In this document: positions 29,130 to 38,586 of the stretch, one piece after another
Position numbering within the stretch: the stretch's first letter is position 1
Layout of the letters: each line of letters starts with the position of its first letter
Virus record (IMG/VR): IMGVR_UViG_3300042391_000634
Coordinates: 62,001-126,000 of that record
Reading direction: 5' to 3' (one strand)
Length of the DNA: 64,000 nt
Notes under the pieces: model-generated
What the model saw: only the letters and a program-made list of their open reading frames with translations
Told to the model about the DNA's origin: nothing
The model's database searches: none
Made by a program: the position numbers and the translations under genes

Positions 29130-29516
29130 TAGTCTTTTCCTTACCTCTTAATAATCACATTGCCATCCCGGTGTTACTGCCGGGTGCTTACCACTTGCGT
29201 GGAGTGATTATCACATTAATGTTTGATTCCAATCCAACTTAAATTGCACCATCCGATTCATTGATCTGGTTGACAAAGTCCTCGATTGGATTAGTCTCAA
29301 AAAGTTACAGGTTTTTTGTACCATCTATGTACATCATGACCGAAGTTTGGTTGGATTTACATCACGTCTCAGCAAACTTTACTCGGTGGTTACATTTTCG
29401 TATTGGGGTAATTATTCCCGACTTATAGTAACTCTACCCTCACCGCCCTACCTCGCGAGTCAGACGGATCTTTTGGGATTCATAGACAGTGGGGTTACAC
29501 CACCGTCGTCACCTGT
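29130..29516 (-). ncRNA. Candidate ~385-nt structured RNA between tRNA-Thr and tRNA-CAT
   Basis: ACAGGT/ACCTGT closes a 210-nt domain with GACGGTGG/CCACTGTC and AAGTTTG/CAAACTT stems. A 3' three-way junction has ATAATCAC/GTGATTAT, CCAC-GCAA-GTGG and CCCGG/CCGGG. Confidence 0.55.
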
Positions 29517-29518
29517 TG

Positions 29519-29590
29519 AGCCTCCACTCGGAATCGAACCAAGTTATCATGATTACAAGTCATGTGCATCGCCATCAATGCTTTAGAGGC
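29519..29590 (-). tRNA. tRNA-Thr(TGT)
   Basis: GCCTCTA/TGGAGGC acceptor, CATGA-CT TGT AA-TCATG, GGTTCGATTCC. Confidence 0.93.
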
Positions 29591-29606
29591 TTATTTTATA
29601 TCAATA

Positions 29607-29659
29607 TGTCAAAGAACCACTTATTTCACAAAGATAATTAATAAATTCGGATATACAAA
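29607..29659 (-). promoter_or_regulatory. Bacteroidota promoter plus boxA-like element heading the tRNA operon
   Basis: TTTG(29659-56)-N19-TATCTTTG(29636-29), then GGTTCTTTGACA at 29618-07. Confidence 0.75.
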
Positions 29660-29678
29660 ATTATTTTTAATCTTTTAC

Positions 29679-29708
29679 AAAAAACCCTCACTTTTTAGGG
29701 TGAGGGTT
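29679..29708 (-). terminator. Terminator after the PhyH gene
   Basis: AACCCTCAC/GTGAGGGTT stem with a T-run on the minus strand. Confidence 0.8.
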
Positions 29709-29728
29709 ACTAATATACCAATATATCA

Positions 29729-30511
29729 CTATTCTCCCCAATGTTTATCTCTAAGTTCATAGATATCAATTGGTTCACGTTTCATATGACTTCCTTGATT
29801 GTAAAAAGCACCTTTTTTCAAGAAACCACCTAAAAAGTTTCTTCTCATTCTGTTTGAGTTGTTAGCTTCCGACCCGTGTACACAATGTGAGTGTAATAAA
29901 ACCACTTGTCCTTTTTTTAGGATTCCTTCTATTTTACGGAAATCATGTCCTTCAGGCATGATACAAGGTTTACCTCTTTCATTTCTCCAAAAAGATGGGT
30001 TAGTTTTTGCTCTTTCTTCGTCAATCTCAATAGGTAACGTTTGTAATCTATGTGAACCCTCGTAGTTCCAAACTGACCCATTACCGTCGTCGTGATTGTC
30101 TAACGCTAATGCTGTATTAATAATTTCATTGTGTTTACAACCCGTGTAAAAGGCGTTTTGGTGCATATCTCTACCTAATTGTCCCGGTGGTTTAAAGTAT
30201 GCCCAACTTTGCATCCCAACAATTTCACCTTCCATTAAAAACTGACAAGCCTCAATTAATTTAGGATGAACATATAGTTTTGCAAGTTTATCGGATAATT
30301 TATGTGGATATGCAAATGGATCCCATTCACCCCACTCCTTACCATCGTCTGTTAACGTTCCTTTTCTCTCCTGACGTAAACGTTCAAGTTCGTCATTGAT
30401 TTCATCACATTCTTCTTCGGTTAAGAGTTCTAATGCTGTAAATCCTCGGTATCTCCAATCAAATGTCATTTGTTGAATTTCCAATTCTGTGAGATGTTTA
30501 AAATTTCCCAT
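29729..30511 (-). CDS. PhyH-family 2-oxoglutarate/Fe(II) dioxygenase
   Basis: YFKPPG...MHQN, ALALD...NG, GQVVLLHSHCVHGS..N.SNRMRR. Confidence 0.85.
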   Translation of the reverse strand: MGNFKHLTELEIQQMTFDWRYRGFTALELLTEEECDEINDELERLRQERKGTLTDDGKEWGEWDPFAYPHKLSDKLAKLYVHPKLIEACQFLMEGEIVGMQSWAYFKPPGQLGRDMHQNAFYTGCKHNEIINTALALDNHDDGNGSVWNYEGSHRLQTLPIEIDEERAKTNPSFWRNERGKPCIMPEGHDFRKIEGILKKGQVVLLHSHCVHGSEANNSNRMRRNFLGGFLKKGAFYNQGSHMKREPIDIYELRDKHWGE

Positions 30512-30623
30512 AATAATTTATTTAATATTATAATATAGGTTATTTTTTTATGAAAACAAAATTTTTTCAATAAAATAACTCATGAGTTTCATCAGTAGAC
30601 CAATTTATTAGTATTTATAGACA

Positions 30624-30654
30624 GACAAAAAATAAACGTATCTCTCTCAAGATA
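30624..30654 (+). repeat. Direct repeat copy 1
   Basis: GACAAAAAATAAACGTATCTCTCTCAAGATA; 28/31 identical to 44591-44621. Lies just after TATTTATA (30612-19). Confidence 0.85.
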
Positions 30655-30706
30655 TTATGTATTATATTAATATGTAGTTCTGAGAGAATTTTAAACTTGG
30701 AACAGT

Positions 30707-31354
30707 ATGGAAAAATTAAGAACATTAACAAACAACATTGGTGAAAAAATCTTTTTAGGTTTTTTATACTTTGCAATAACATGGGTAATATTAGCCGTCA
30801 TATTCGGTATATCCATGACATACTTGGAATTAGCAGGTAAAACGGAAACAACAAGAAACATAGTAAATTGGATTGATTGGAGAATTGATGGCACGTTTAA
30901 AAACTTACCTGAAAACATGTGGTATAATGCTGAAGACCATATTTGGGTTGAAAGTGTTACCAATGAGGTTAAGATGGGTAAATTGGCTGGAAATAGAAAT
31001 TTAGCTTTCGGTGTAAAAAATACATTGGAAGAATTCTTACAGGAAAAGGGTTATGATTTAACACCTTCAGCCCCATACAAATTAAAAGTTCAAATAATCT
31101 ATTTGGATGTTCTAACTACAAAAAAGAACATTTCTGTTTTTCATAAAAATGAAGAAGAAGTTGTCATTCGTATGAAAGGAACTTTATATAAGGATGGTAA
31201 AAAAGAAAAGGAAATAATGGTTGAAGAGTCATCTTCAGAAATATCAATGTCAACATTAATTGTAGATGAGGGTGGGAAATTTAATCAAACATCTTTAAGT
31301 AATGCTTTAAAAAAATCGGCGGATAAATTAATAACCAAATTATTTGATAAATAA
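30707..31354 (+). CDS. TM-anchored exported protein, partial paralog of the CsgG-like gene at 40979
   Basis: N-terminal TM. C-terminal KFNQTSLSNALKK parallels KFNQSTISIATKK in 40979..41698. Confidence 0.55.
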   Translation: MEKLRTLTNNIGEKIFLGFLYFAITWVILAVIFGISMTYLELAGKTETTRNIVNWIDWRIDGTFKNLPENMWYNAEDHIWVESVTNEVKMGKLAGNRNLAFGVKNTLEEFLQEKGYDLTPSAPYKLKVQIIYLDVLTTKKNISVFHKNEEEVVIRMKGTLYKDGKKEKEIMVEESSSEISMSTLIVDEGGKFNQTSLSNALKKSADKLITKLFDK

Positions 31355-31356
31355 TC

Positions 31357-33006
31357 ATGAAAAAACTATTAACGCTACTTGGAATACTAGTAATATCCAT
31401 AGCAACAAATGCACAATTAACGGTTAATCAATCAGTAACACCAACAACAGGATTAAAGGTTGGTGATACAGTTTCGGTAAAATACACAGTTGCAAGAGGT
31501 ACAACCACACCTCGTTATTTTTGGTTAAGATATCAATTTAACAATAAGGCACTTGCATATGTTTCAACAACGTTCTCACAAGGAACGTCGGTTCAAACAT
31601 TCTACACAGGTTGGTCGTCTTATAAGTTTACCTCAAGTGCCGCAAATAGTATTACAGCTAAAGATTTATATTCACAATATCTAATATCTCCATGGGGTTA
31701 TGCAACTAATGCAGATTGGAATGTTGGTCAATTAACAGTTCAAAGAACAGACGCTTCAATCAATGGAGATGTTGCAACTCAAAAATATGTAATTAAAGAT
31801 TTGGGAGCATATACCGACATCCACAAATTAGACTTATCATATTCAATTGACGCAACAAGTGCATACATTACACCAATTACGACTGACCCAGGTACAATGT
31901 CTTTAACAAATGTCGTGGGTAATACGTCTCAGTTCAAACTAAGAGTTTTATTCCCAACAGGATATGATATTACATCACATACGGTTGCTTTATTCCCAAT
32001 AAAAACAGATGGAACAATTGATTTTAATGTAACCCCTATTGCAACTAAAGTATTGGATGCAAGTGGTGAGGCGACATTTACAACAGAAGTTAAAGTGGGT
32101 GATAGTTTGGCGGTGTGGATGTATGGAGCAACAGGAAAAACTTTTATGAATAACATTATAACAGTATCGGATGCATATAAAGCATTTTTAGGTATTTCAC
32201 AAACGGATATTGCGGGTGTAAAAACTTATTTTACAAGACCACAATTACAAAAAAATATAGGACAAATTACAAAGAGTAAAGGTGTATTTAGTGAAAGTGA
32301 TTCATATTATATGTTTGCTTATGTAATGGGTATTGCTAATGTAAAAGATAGTGCATGGATTCCATTGAGTACAAATAGTGGTTTATTCAAATGGTATAGT
32401 GGTTTATTAAATCAAAGTTGGTTAGATGGTATACCTACTTACAAAACAAAAGTAACATCATCAAATCAATCGGTAGATATGGTATACGCATGGGGTGGTG
32501 ATTTGGATTGGTCTCATTCATCTGACCCCGATGTAATTGCATCTAGAATTGCCGCAGGAACTTACGCAAATTCAATTAATCCAAACGAACAAACTATAAA
32601 AACATTTTCAGTTCAATCAATGGCATACACACCTGTAATTGAAAAGGCAACATTAGGATTAGTTTCAACAATTTCTAACGGTAAAGTTGTTTTAACAGGA
32701 ACATTAACAAAAGACGGATTGGCGGGTTTAGAGGTAATCTTACAATATGACAATTCAAAATTAACATTTGAAAATATATCATTTGACGCTGGTCCAAATG
32801 TAACTAACTTCTCAACAAACGGAGATGGTAGATTAACATTCGGTTCTATGGATCAAATGAAAACAGGTAGAATTAAAATAGGAACACCTTACAAATTAAC
32901 TTTTACACCAAAAGAAACCATAACAAATACTGCAGGTTTATTCTATACAGTTTTAGCTGACGCGGTTGATGGAAACGGAAACAAGATTAATTTGATTGTT
33001 GAATAA
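31357..33006 (+). CDS. Secreted beta-rich protein with a dockerin-like segment and C-terminal cohesin-like domain
   Basis: Signal peptide ATNA-Q. ITVSDAYKAF and W.GDLDWSHS match paralog 33010. LAGLEVILQYDNSKLTF is a cohesin-like strand pattern. Confidence 0.55.
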   Translation: MKKLLTLLGILVISIATNAQLTVNQSVTPTTGLKVGDTVSVKYTVARGTTTPRYFWLRYQFNNKALAYVSTTFSQGTSVQTFYTGWSSYKFTSSAANSITAKDLYSQYLISPWGYATNADWNVGQLTVQRTDASINGDVATQKYVIKDLGAYTDIHKLDLSYSIDATSAYITPITTDPGTMSLTNVVGNTSQFKLRVLFPTGYDITSHTVALFPIKTDGTIDFNVTPIATKVLDASGEATFTTEVKVGDSLAVWMYGATGKTFMNNIITVSDAYKAFLGISQTDIAGVKTYFTRPQLQKNIGQITKSKGVFSESDSYYMFAYVMGIANVKDSAWIPLSTNSGLFKWYSGLLNQSWLDGIPTYKTKVTSSNQSVDMVYAWGGDLDWSHSSDPDVIASRIAAGTYANSINPNEQTIKTFSVQSMAYTPVIEKATLGLVSTISNGKVVLTGTLTKDGLAGLEVILQYDNSKLTFENISFDAGPNVTNFSTNGDGRLTFGSMDQMKTGRIKIGTPYKLTFTPKETITNTAGLFYTVLADAVDGNGNKINLIVE

Positions 33007-33009
33007 TTT

Positions 33010-35619
33010 ATGAAGAAACTATTAGTAGTATTATTTTTATTTATATCATTTTTAGGGTTTGGTCAGTCAGTAACGGCCCCAGACCCTAAATCATTTACTG
33101 TGAATACCACAGGACAAGACGCTAGTGGATTTTCATTAAGTGGATTTAGTGCAACATCTACTTTATTAGCTTCAATCAGTTTAGTTAATCCACCATCGGG
33201 AACTACATTCTATCTTAACACAACAACAGGTTTAATTGCCGCAAGTGGATTTACTTTAAGTGGTAATAAAACACGTTTAGTGGTAACTGGAACGATGGCA
33301 AGTATTAATACCGCATTAGCATCTCTAAAAATAAATACAGGAACAATAATAGGAGACATAAATATTTCAGTAGCAACAACTGTCAATCCCGTTGGGTTTT
33401 ATTATAATGGAGTAAACGGACATTTTTACAAACCGGTAACTACTGGTACAACATATACAAACGCAAGATCATCATCACTATTAACAACATTCAAAGGACA
33501 GACGGGTTATTTACTAACACTAACATCATCATCGGAAGATTTATTTATTCAAGCTAATGTACCACAATCAAATATATGGTTTGCGGCAACGGATGAAGTA
33601 ACTGATGGAACTTGGGTAATTGATGCGGGTCCTGAAAAGGGGACTGTGATGAAAACATCCAACGGACCAACTGCCGGAAACCGACCAGGTGTATATAATA
33701 ATTGGGCAAATGGTGAACCAAACGGATATAATCATAGTGAGGATTATGCGGTAACAAAATGGAATGGTAACCAATGGAATGATTTATCAAACAATTGGAG
33801 TAACCCATATGTAATTGAATATGGAACTTGGTCTAATCCCGATGATGCTACATTTACAGAATTTTATACCAATTCAGTAACACATTCAAACGGAGAAACT
33901 ATAAAAGCATTATTTGGATTTAAGTTTAATACTTCAATAGATAAAACAAAATTCTTAGCACAGATATTCAAAAGAAACGACACATATTCAAATTGGGCGG
34001 CGGCGGATGGTTATAAATCATTGAGTGGTTTGGGTAAAGTATTTCTTTCAAACCAAATAGATACTTCAAAGATTTATACAACTGGCATTCCATTAACAGC
34101 AGGAACATCCGATATGCAACAATTTAATGAATCGGATATTGGTAAGATATATAGAATAACAATAACAGGTACAACAGGTGGAGCAATATGGGGAACTGAT
34201 ATCTATACAAGTGATTCATATATTTCAGCTGCAGCGGTACATGCTGGTGTAATATCAAACGGACAAACAAAAGAAGTTTATATTAAAGTAGTGCAAGGAT
34301 TAAATGAATATATCGGATCAACTCGTAATGGAGTATCAACATCTGGTTATGGTGGTTGGGGGTTAAGTTATCAATTCGTATCAGCACCGGCATCATATAA
34401 AGCAACTATATCACCAGGAGGTGTTGAATGGTCTTATACAAATCCAAATGCAAGTTGGTTAAATGGTAATAGTAGATTGTTAATTGACATGAGACAAGTT
34501 GGAAGTATAGATCCAACTAAAATATCAAATGTAAAAATATTAGATGCATATGATGGACCGGTTACATACACATCTCATGATGCTAATGGTTGGGCAATAT
34601 ACACAGTTCCATCTCCATTAACAAAGGTAACTGACGGAACTTCGGCGTATAATCAATATATTAGAAATATGAATGGTTCAAATACCGAATATGCATTTGC
34701 ATGTGGTATTGGACTTACTCAACAAGGTGCGTTCAAACAACACAAAATGGAATTACAAGAATATGATAGTACACAATTAAAAACTTTATATAATAGTATT
34801 GTAACAGTATCAGATGTGTATTTGGCGTTTAAGGAATTGGCAAATGGCGGTATATTCGGAAATCAAAGTGGTAATGAATTTGGGTATGGTATTCAATATA
34901 AAAACGCAGATGTAAATGACGATGGTTTATTTAATGAAGCGGATTGTTTCAAATTATTACAAAACTTAACAGGTGTTCAAGATTTAGTTAGTAGTTACAC
35001 CTTAGATAATACAATACGTTTAATACCTGATTCAATTTATAATAAAATTGGTAAATCTACTTGGAAATCGTTTCAAAATTTTTCAGGAAAAACTTATAAT
35101 TTTAGTTTATTAGATAATGTAATAAGTTATAACTACGATTTGGCTGTTAGTTGGAAAGGTGACGTAAACTTATCTCATTCAGCAACTCCCCCGTCAAATA
35201 ATATTACAACGATGACAGTTAGAACATCAATGAGTACACCAATATCAACTGACATCAACGCATCTATTATGACCGAAGTAATTGGTGATAGTGTTTATGC
35301 TTACATCACATTTGACCCATTACAACAAAACGTGGTAGGAACTCAATTTCAATTAAACTATGATAATTCGGTCTTAAATTTTAAAGGAATACAATTTACC
35401 ACAAAAGGTTCACCTACCAACTATGCAACCAACAAGGGTAATTACATTAATTTAGGTTCGTTGGTAAGTGATGGTAGTACAAGTTTGGATAACACAACAA
35501 CATATAAGATTTCATTTTCGGCAAATACAAAATTGGATAACATATTGGGTTTAATTTCAATAGGTTCAACGGATGCGGTTAATAAAGATGGAAAATCATT
35601 AAAAATAAAAATAAATTAA
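33010..35619 (+). CDS. Secreted multidomain adhesin-like protein: C-type lectin, LCCL, dockerin-like and cohesin-like domains
   Basis: Signal LGFG-Q. NGHFY...YLLTLTS...W...NNWANGEPN...WNDL (CLECT); IWGTDIYTSDSYISAAAVHAGV...STRNGV (LCCL); NADVNDDGLFNEADC (dockerin/EF-loop); VGTQFQLNYDNSVL (cohesin-like). Confidence 0.7.
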   Translation: MKKLLVVLFLFISFLGFGQSVTAPDPKSFTVNTTGQDASGFSLSGFSATSTLLASISLVNPPSGTTFYLNTTTGLIAASGFTLSGNKTRLVVTGTMASINTALASLKINTGTIIGDINISVATTVNPVGFYYNGVNGHFYKPVTTGTTYTNARSSSLLTTFKGQTGYLLTLTSSSEDLFIQANVPQSNIWFAATDEVTDGTWVIDAGPEKGTVMKTSNGPTAGNRPGVYNNWANGEPNGYNHSEDYAVTKWNGNQWNDLSNNWSNPYVIEYGTWSNPDDATFTEFYTNSVTHSNGETIKALFGFKFNTSIDKTKFLAQIFKRNDTYSNWAAADGYKSLSGLGKVFLSNQIDTSKIYTTGIPLTAGTSDMQQFNESDIGKIYRITITGTTGGAIWGTDIYTSDSYISAAAVHAGVISNGQTKEVYIKVVQGLNEYIGSTRNGVSTSGYGGWGLSYQFVSAPASYKATISPGGVEWSYTNPNASWLNGNSRLLIDMRQVGSIDPTKISNVKILDAYDGPVTYTSHDANGWAIYTVPSPLTKVTDGTSAYNQYIRNMNGSNTEYAFACGIGLTQQGAFKQHKMELQEYDSTQLKTLYNSIVTVSDVYLAFKELANGGIFGNQSGNEFGYGIQYKNADVNDDGLFNEADCFKLLQNLTGVQDLVSSYTLDNTIRLIPDSIYNKIGKSTWKSFQNFSGKTYNFSLLDNVISYNYDLAVSWKGDVNLSHSATPPSNNITTMTVRTSMSTPISTDINASIMTEVIGDSVYAYITFDPLQQNVVGTQFQLNYDNSVLNFKGIQFTTKGSPTNYATNKGNYINLGSLVSDGSTSLDNTTTYKISFSANTKLDNILGLISIGSTDAVNKDGKSLKIKIN

Positions 35620-35624
35620 AAATT

Positions 35625-35906
35625 ATGGAATTTAATTTTGGATATGATGAAATGAAAAATTTTATCATTAAAAGTGGAAAATATAAAATTGTAAATGTTA
35701 AGTGTTTTAATCAAGTTCCTGGTAACTGGTATAATGGTTTCCGATATACGGAAGAAGAAGTATATGTAGAAGTGGCTTATCTAATAGATGATATTGAAAC
35801 TGAAAAATGGTTATTTAATGATGGATATAAACGAAAAGATATTCTGCAGGGGAGGATTGAATTAGCTTTTCACACAGAGATGAAAAATAAACTATTAAAT
35901 TTATAA
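35625..35906 (+). CDS. Hypothetical protein
   Basis: 93-aa ORF within the operon, no signal peptide. Confidence 0.7.
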   Translation: MEFNFGYDEMKNFIIKSGKYKIVNVKCFNQVPGNWYNGFRYTEEEVYVEVAYLIDDIETEKWLFNDGYKRKDILQGRIELAFHTEMKNKLLNL

Positions 35907-35911
35907 TATAA

Positions 35912-36799
35912 GTGAAAAAAATATTATTAATTATATCATTAGTTTTAATTGGTTTTGTTGCAAACGCACAAACGCCTGATACATTACAACTATCAGCAAA
36001 AGAATTATTTGGAGAAAGTGGTGATTGGAATAACTTAGGTATATTAGAGTCGTATATTGATTTTTCAAAAGATGTTCTTTCATCCTCAAATTTATCAGTA
36101 GGTGTAATTGGAAAACAAGTATCTACTACCTTAAATTTAGGATATAGTAAATCATCTAAAAATGGTAAATGGGGTCACTCATTCGCATCATCAATAAATC
36201 CTATATGGAATTATTATGGAGTAGGATATGGGTTCAGTAGAAATACGAATACAAGAACTACTACATTACAATCATTTTATTCAACCGATTTTGATTTTCA
36301 AAAAGATATTTCTCTATCATTTATTGATGTATTCAGAACTAAAAAGTTTGGAACATTTGGTTATAGTGTGATTGCGTCAAAATCGTTTTGGGGAAGTTAT
36401 CAAGGTCAATGGGAAGGAAAATATATAGTAGATGAAAATGGTGATTTTAAAGATTTAATATATCCACAAATGCCATCATCAAGTCAAATTAGTTATAGAG
36501 GTATGGCAATGTATACGTATACATTCAAAACAAAGAGAGTAAACATCTCACCACAAATATTTGCAATGAGTGATATCTACAAAGTATTCAAAGATGGGAC
36601 TGAATCGGATTTAGCATATGTGGATGATTTCAATTTGGACTTATATTATGGCACATCTATTGATTGGAAAATAACTAAAAAATTTGTATTGAATACTAAT
36701 GTTAGATATAACACAACTTGGGATAAATTAAGTGAATCGGTTGGGTATAAAAAGAGTAATCCAATTCTATTTATGATAGGAACAAACTTTCAATTTTAA
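35912..36799 (+). CDS. Putative outer-membrane beta-barrel protein
   Basis: Signal VANA-Q, alternating amphipathic strands, C-terminal FMIGTNFQF ending in Phe (BAM-type signal). Confidence 0.7.
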   Translation: MKKILLIISLVLIGFVANAQTPDTLQLSAKELFGESGDWNNLGILESYIDFSKDVLSSSNLSVGVIGKQVSTTLNLGYSKSSKNGKWGHSFASSINPIWNYYGVGYGFSRNTNTRTTTLQSFYSTDFDFQKDISLSFIDVFRTKKFGTFGYSVIASKSFWGSYQGQWEGKYIVDENGDFKDLIYPQMPSSSQISYRGMAMYTYTFKTKRVNISPQIFAMSDIYKVFKDGTESDLAYVDDFNLDLYYGTSIDWKITKKFVLNTNVRYNTTWDKLSESVGYKKSNPILFMIGTNFQF

Positions 36800-36802
36800 A
36801 AT

Positions 36803-37156
36803 ATGAAACGTATTAAAATTATATTATTGTGTTGTTTGGTTTTTATATTATCATGTAAAAAAACGATTCCGTTTACACCTGTGTCACCGACAAATGTGGA
36901 ATTTTTCTCCTTATCTGAAAATAAGGTAAAAAACGGGGATGTTATTAATATTAATTTAACTACAGTAGGAACATATACTTTAACAATGATTGACACGGTT
37001 CAAAACCAAGTAGTATCAAGGGAAAGATTTACTGGTAAAGTAGGATTAAACTCTCTTAAAATATTTACTAATACCTTACCGACAAAAAACCTAAGTGTCG
37101 TATTAAAGGATCAAAATAATAATCAAATAGGTAAAACAAGAATAATTATAAATTAA
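36803..37156 (+). CDS. Lipoprotein with a small Ig/T9SS-CTD-like domain
   Basis: Lipobox ILSC-KK; GTYTLTMID...GLNSLKIFTNTLP...KIIIN-like end. Confidence 0.6.
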   Translation: MKRIKIILLCCLVFILSCKKTIPFTPVSPTNVEFFSLSENKVKNGDVININLTTVGTYTLTMIDTVQNQVVSRERFTGKVGLNSLKIFTNTLPTKNLSVVLKDQNNNQIGKTRIIIN

Positions 37157-37168
37157 AAAAGACAAAAA

Positions 37169-37537
37169 ATGAAAAAAGTATCTCTCGTACTCTTTGGATT
37201 AATCTTCCTTGTTGGTTGTAGAAAAGTAGACATACCAATGCAACCACAAGTGATTAGCGACAACCTTAAAATCTCAAGTTCAGTGGGATTAAAATTAGAA
37301 ACTTCATTTATAACAAATGAAGTTGCGATGAACATAAAAAGTGATGTTGCACAAACCGTAACCGTTAAGATTTTTGATATTTCCAACAGAGTGGTATCAA
37401 AATCAACAAGTGAGGTTAAGGTTGGTGATAACATTTTAAGGGTGTATACATCCGCTTTACCGTCTTCATCATATAGGATTGCATTATATGATGTTGCGGG
37501 TAATATGTTAGGAATTACTGATTTTAATAAAATTTAA
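37169..37537 (+). CDS. Lipoprotein with a T9SS-CTD-like domain (paralog of the previous gene)
   Basis: Lipobox LVGC-RK; VTVKIFDISNRVV...GDNILRVYTSALPSSSYRIAL resembles the Por secretion C-terminal sorting domain. Confidence 0.6.
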   Translation: MKKVSLVLFGLIFLVGCRKVDIPMQPQVISDNLKISSSVGLKLETSFITNEVAMNIKSDVAQTVTVKIFDISNRVVSKSTSEVKVGDNILRVYTSALPSSSYRIALYDVAGNMLGITDFNKI

Positions 37538-37569
37538 GATAATTATATAAAGACAAAAAACACAAAATT

Positions 37570-37884
37570 ATGGCAGAAGAACAAGAAAAATCAGAAAGTA
37601 CCGGTGGTTCAATTAAGAACATAATTATCGGTTTAGTAAGCACTATCACATTAGGTGTGGGTGGTTGGTTTACAACAAAATTAACAGGTGGTGACGAAAA
37701 AGAGGCTCCCGTTCAACAAGCGGCACCTGTAATCAACATTACCAATTCACAAACTCAACAAGCGAGTGGTGGTAAAACTGTAATCATTAACAAAGGTGGA
37801 GACGGTAGTGCTAAACCTGTACCAGCACCAAAACCTAAGAAAAAAGAAGGTGATGAGTTTAAAGAAGAGGCACCTAAGTGGTAA
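37570..37884 (+). CDS. Single-TM protein with a Pro/Lys-rich tail
   Basis: IIIGLVSTITLGVGGWF TM; tail KPVPAPKPKKK. Confidence 0.7.
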   Translation: MAEEQEKSESTGGSIKNIIIGLVSTITLGVGGWFTTKLTGGDEKEAPVQQAAPVINITNSQTQQASGGKTVIINKGGDGSAKPVPAPKPKKKEGDEFKEEAPKW

Positions 37885-37909
37885 TTTAACATAAAAAAAT
37901 TTATATAAA

Positions 37910-38530
37910 ATGGCAGACAAACAACCACCAAGTGGTTTTAAGGATTTATTAAGTAATATGATGGCCAGACGATGGTACATCACAGCATTGGTATTGGGTG
38001 GATTTATGTTAATTATAGGGGGTATGTTCTTCGCTATATTAAGTAAATCGGAAATAGCAGGAGAATGGAAAGAACTTTTATTATTGTTATTGGGTGCGTT
38101 CATCGGTAGTTATGGTAAAATCATTGACTATTGGTTTAGTGATACTGATAAGGATAAGATGTTAGTTCAGAAAATGGATGAGGAGGATGGTACAACATTA
38201 AGTAATACTGCGGATTTACCTGTAACTCCACCAAATAATACTCCATTAATACCTGATGCGTTTGTACAAGCAGCAAAAAATGCACATGAAATCAATTTAA
38301 TAGAAGCCAACAAACCAAAAGAAGAAATTAAAGTTGAATCACCAAAACCAACACCGAGAACTGGTGTTGAAGTAGATGAAGATGGTGATGGAACTATGGA
38401 TGGTATTGATTTTGACGGTGACGGAAAAATTGACATATATTTCGCACACAGACAATGTGAACACGTATGGGGTGATTTAGATGGTGATGGTACTGAAGAG
38501 TGTTTAAAATGTGGTAAAATAAAAGATTAA
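37910..38530 (+). CDS. Two-TM protein with DxDGDG Ca-binding loops and a Cys/His C-terminus
   Basis: Two TMs; DEDGDG, DFDGDG, DLDGDG; CEH...CLKCG. Confidence 0.7.
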   Translation: MADKQPPSGFKDLLSNMMARRWYITALVLGGFMLIIGGMFFAILSKSEIAGEWKELLLLLLGAFIGSYGKIIDYWFSDTDKDKMLVQKMDEEDGTTLSNTADLPVTPPNNTPLIPDAFVQAAKNAHEINLIEANKPKEEIKVESPKPTPRTGVEVDEDGDGTMDGIDFDGDGKIDIYFAHRQCEHVWGDLDGDGTEECLKCGKIKD

Positions 38531-38586
38531 AATGTAGAAATACATACGGAAGGATAAAATAAACAAAAGACAAAAAATAAAAAACT

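Noticed and set aside
29130-29516. RNase P RNA or group I intron
   Set aside because: No GAGGAAAGUCC/AACAGAA P4 elements. A GAGACUA R-like segment has no matching S element, and no gene is interrupted.
27245-29762. ORFs 27245, 28759, 29036, 29347, 29562 and the 5' extension of 28064..28534
   Set aside because: They overlap tRNAs, promoters or the structured RNA regions, so they are not credible proteins.
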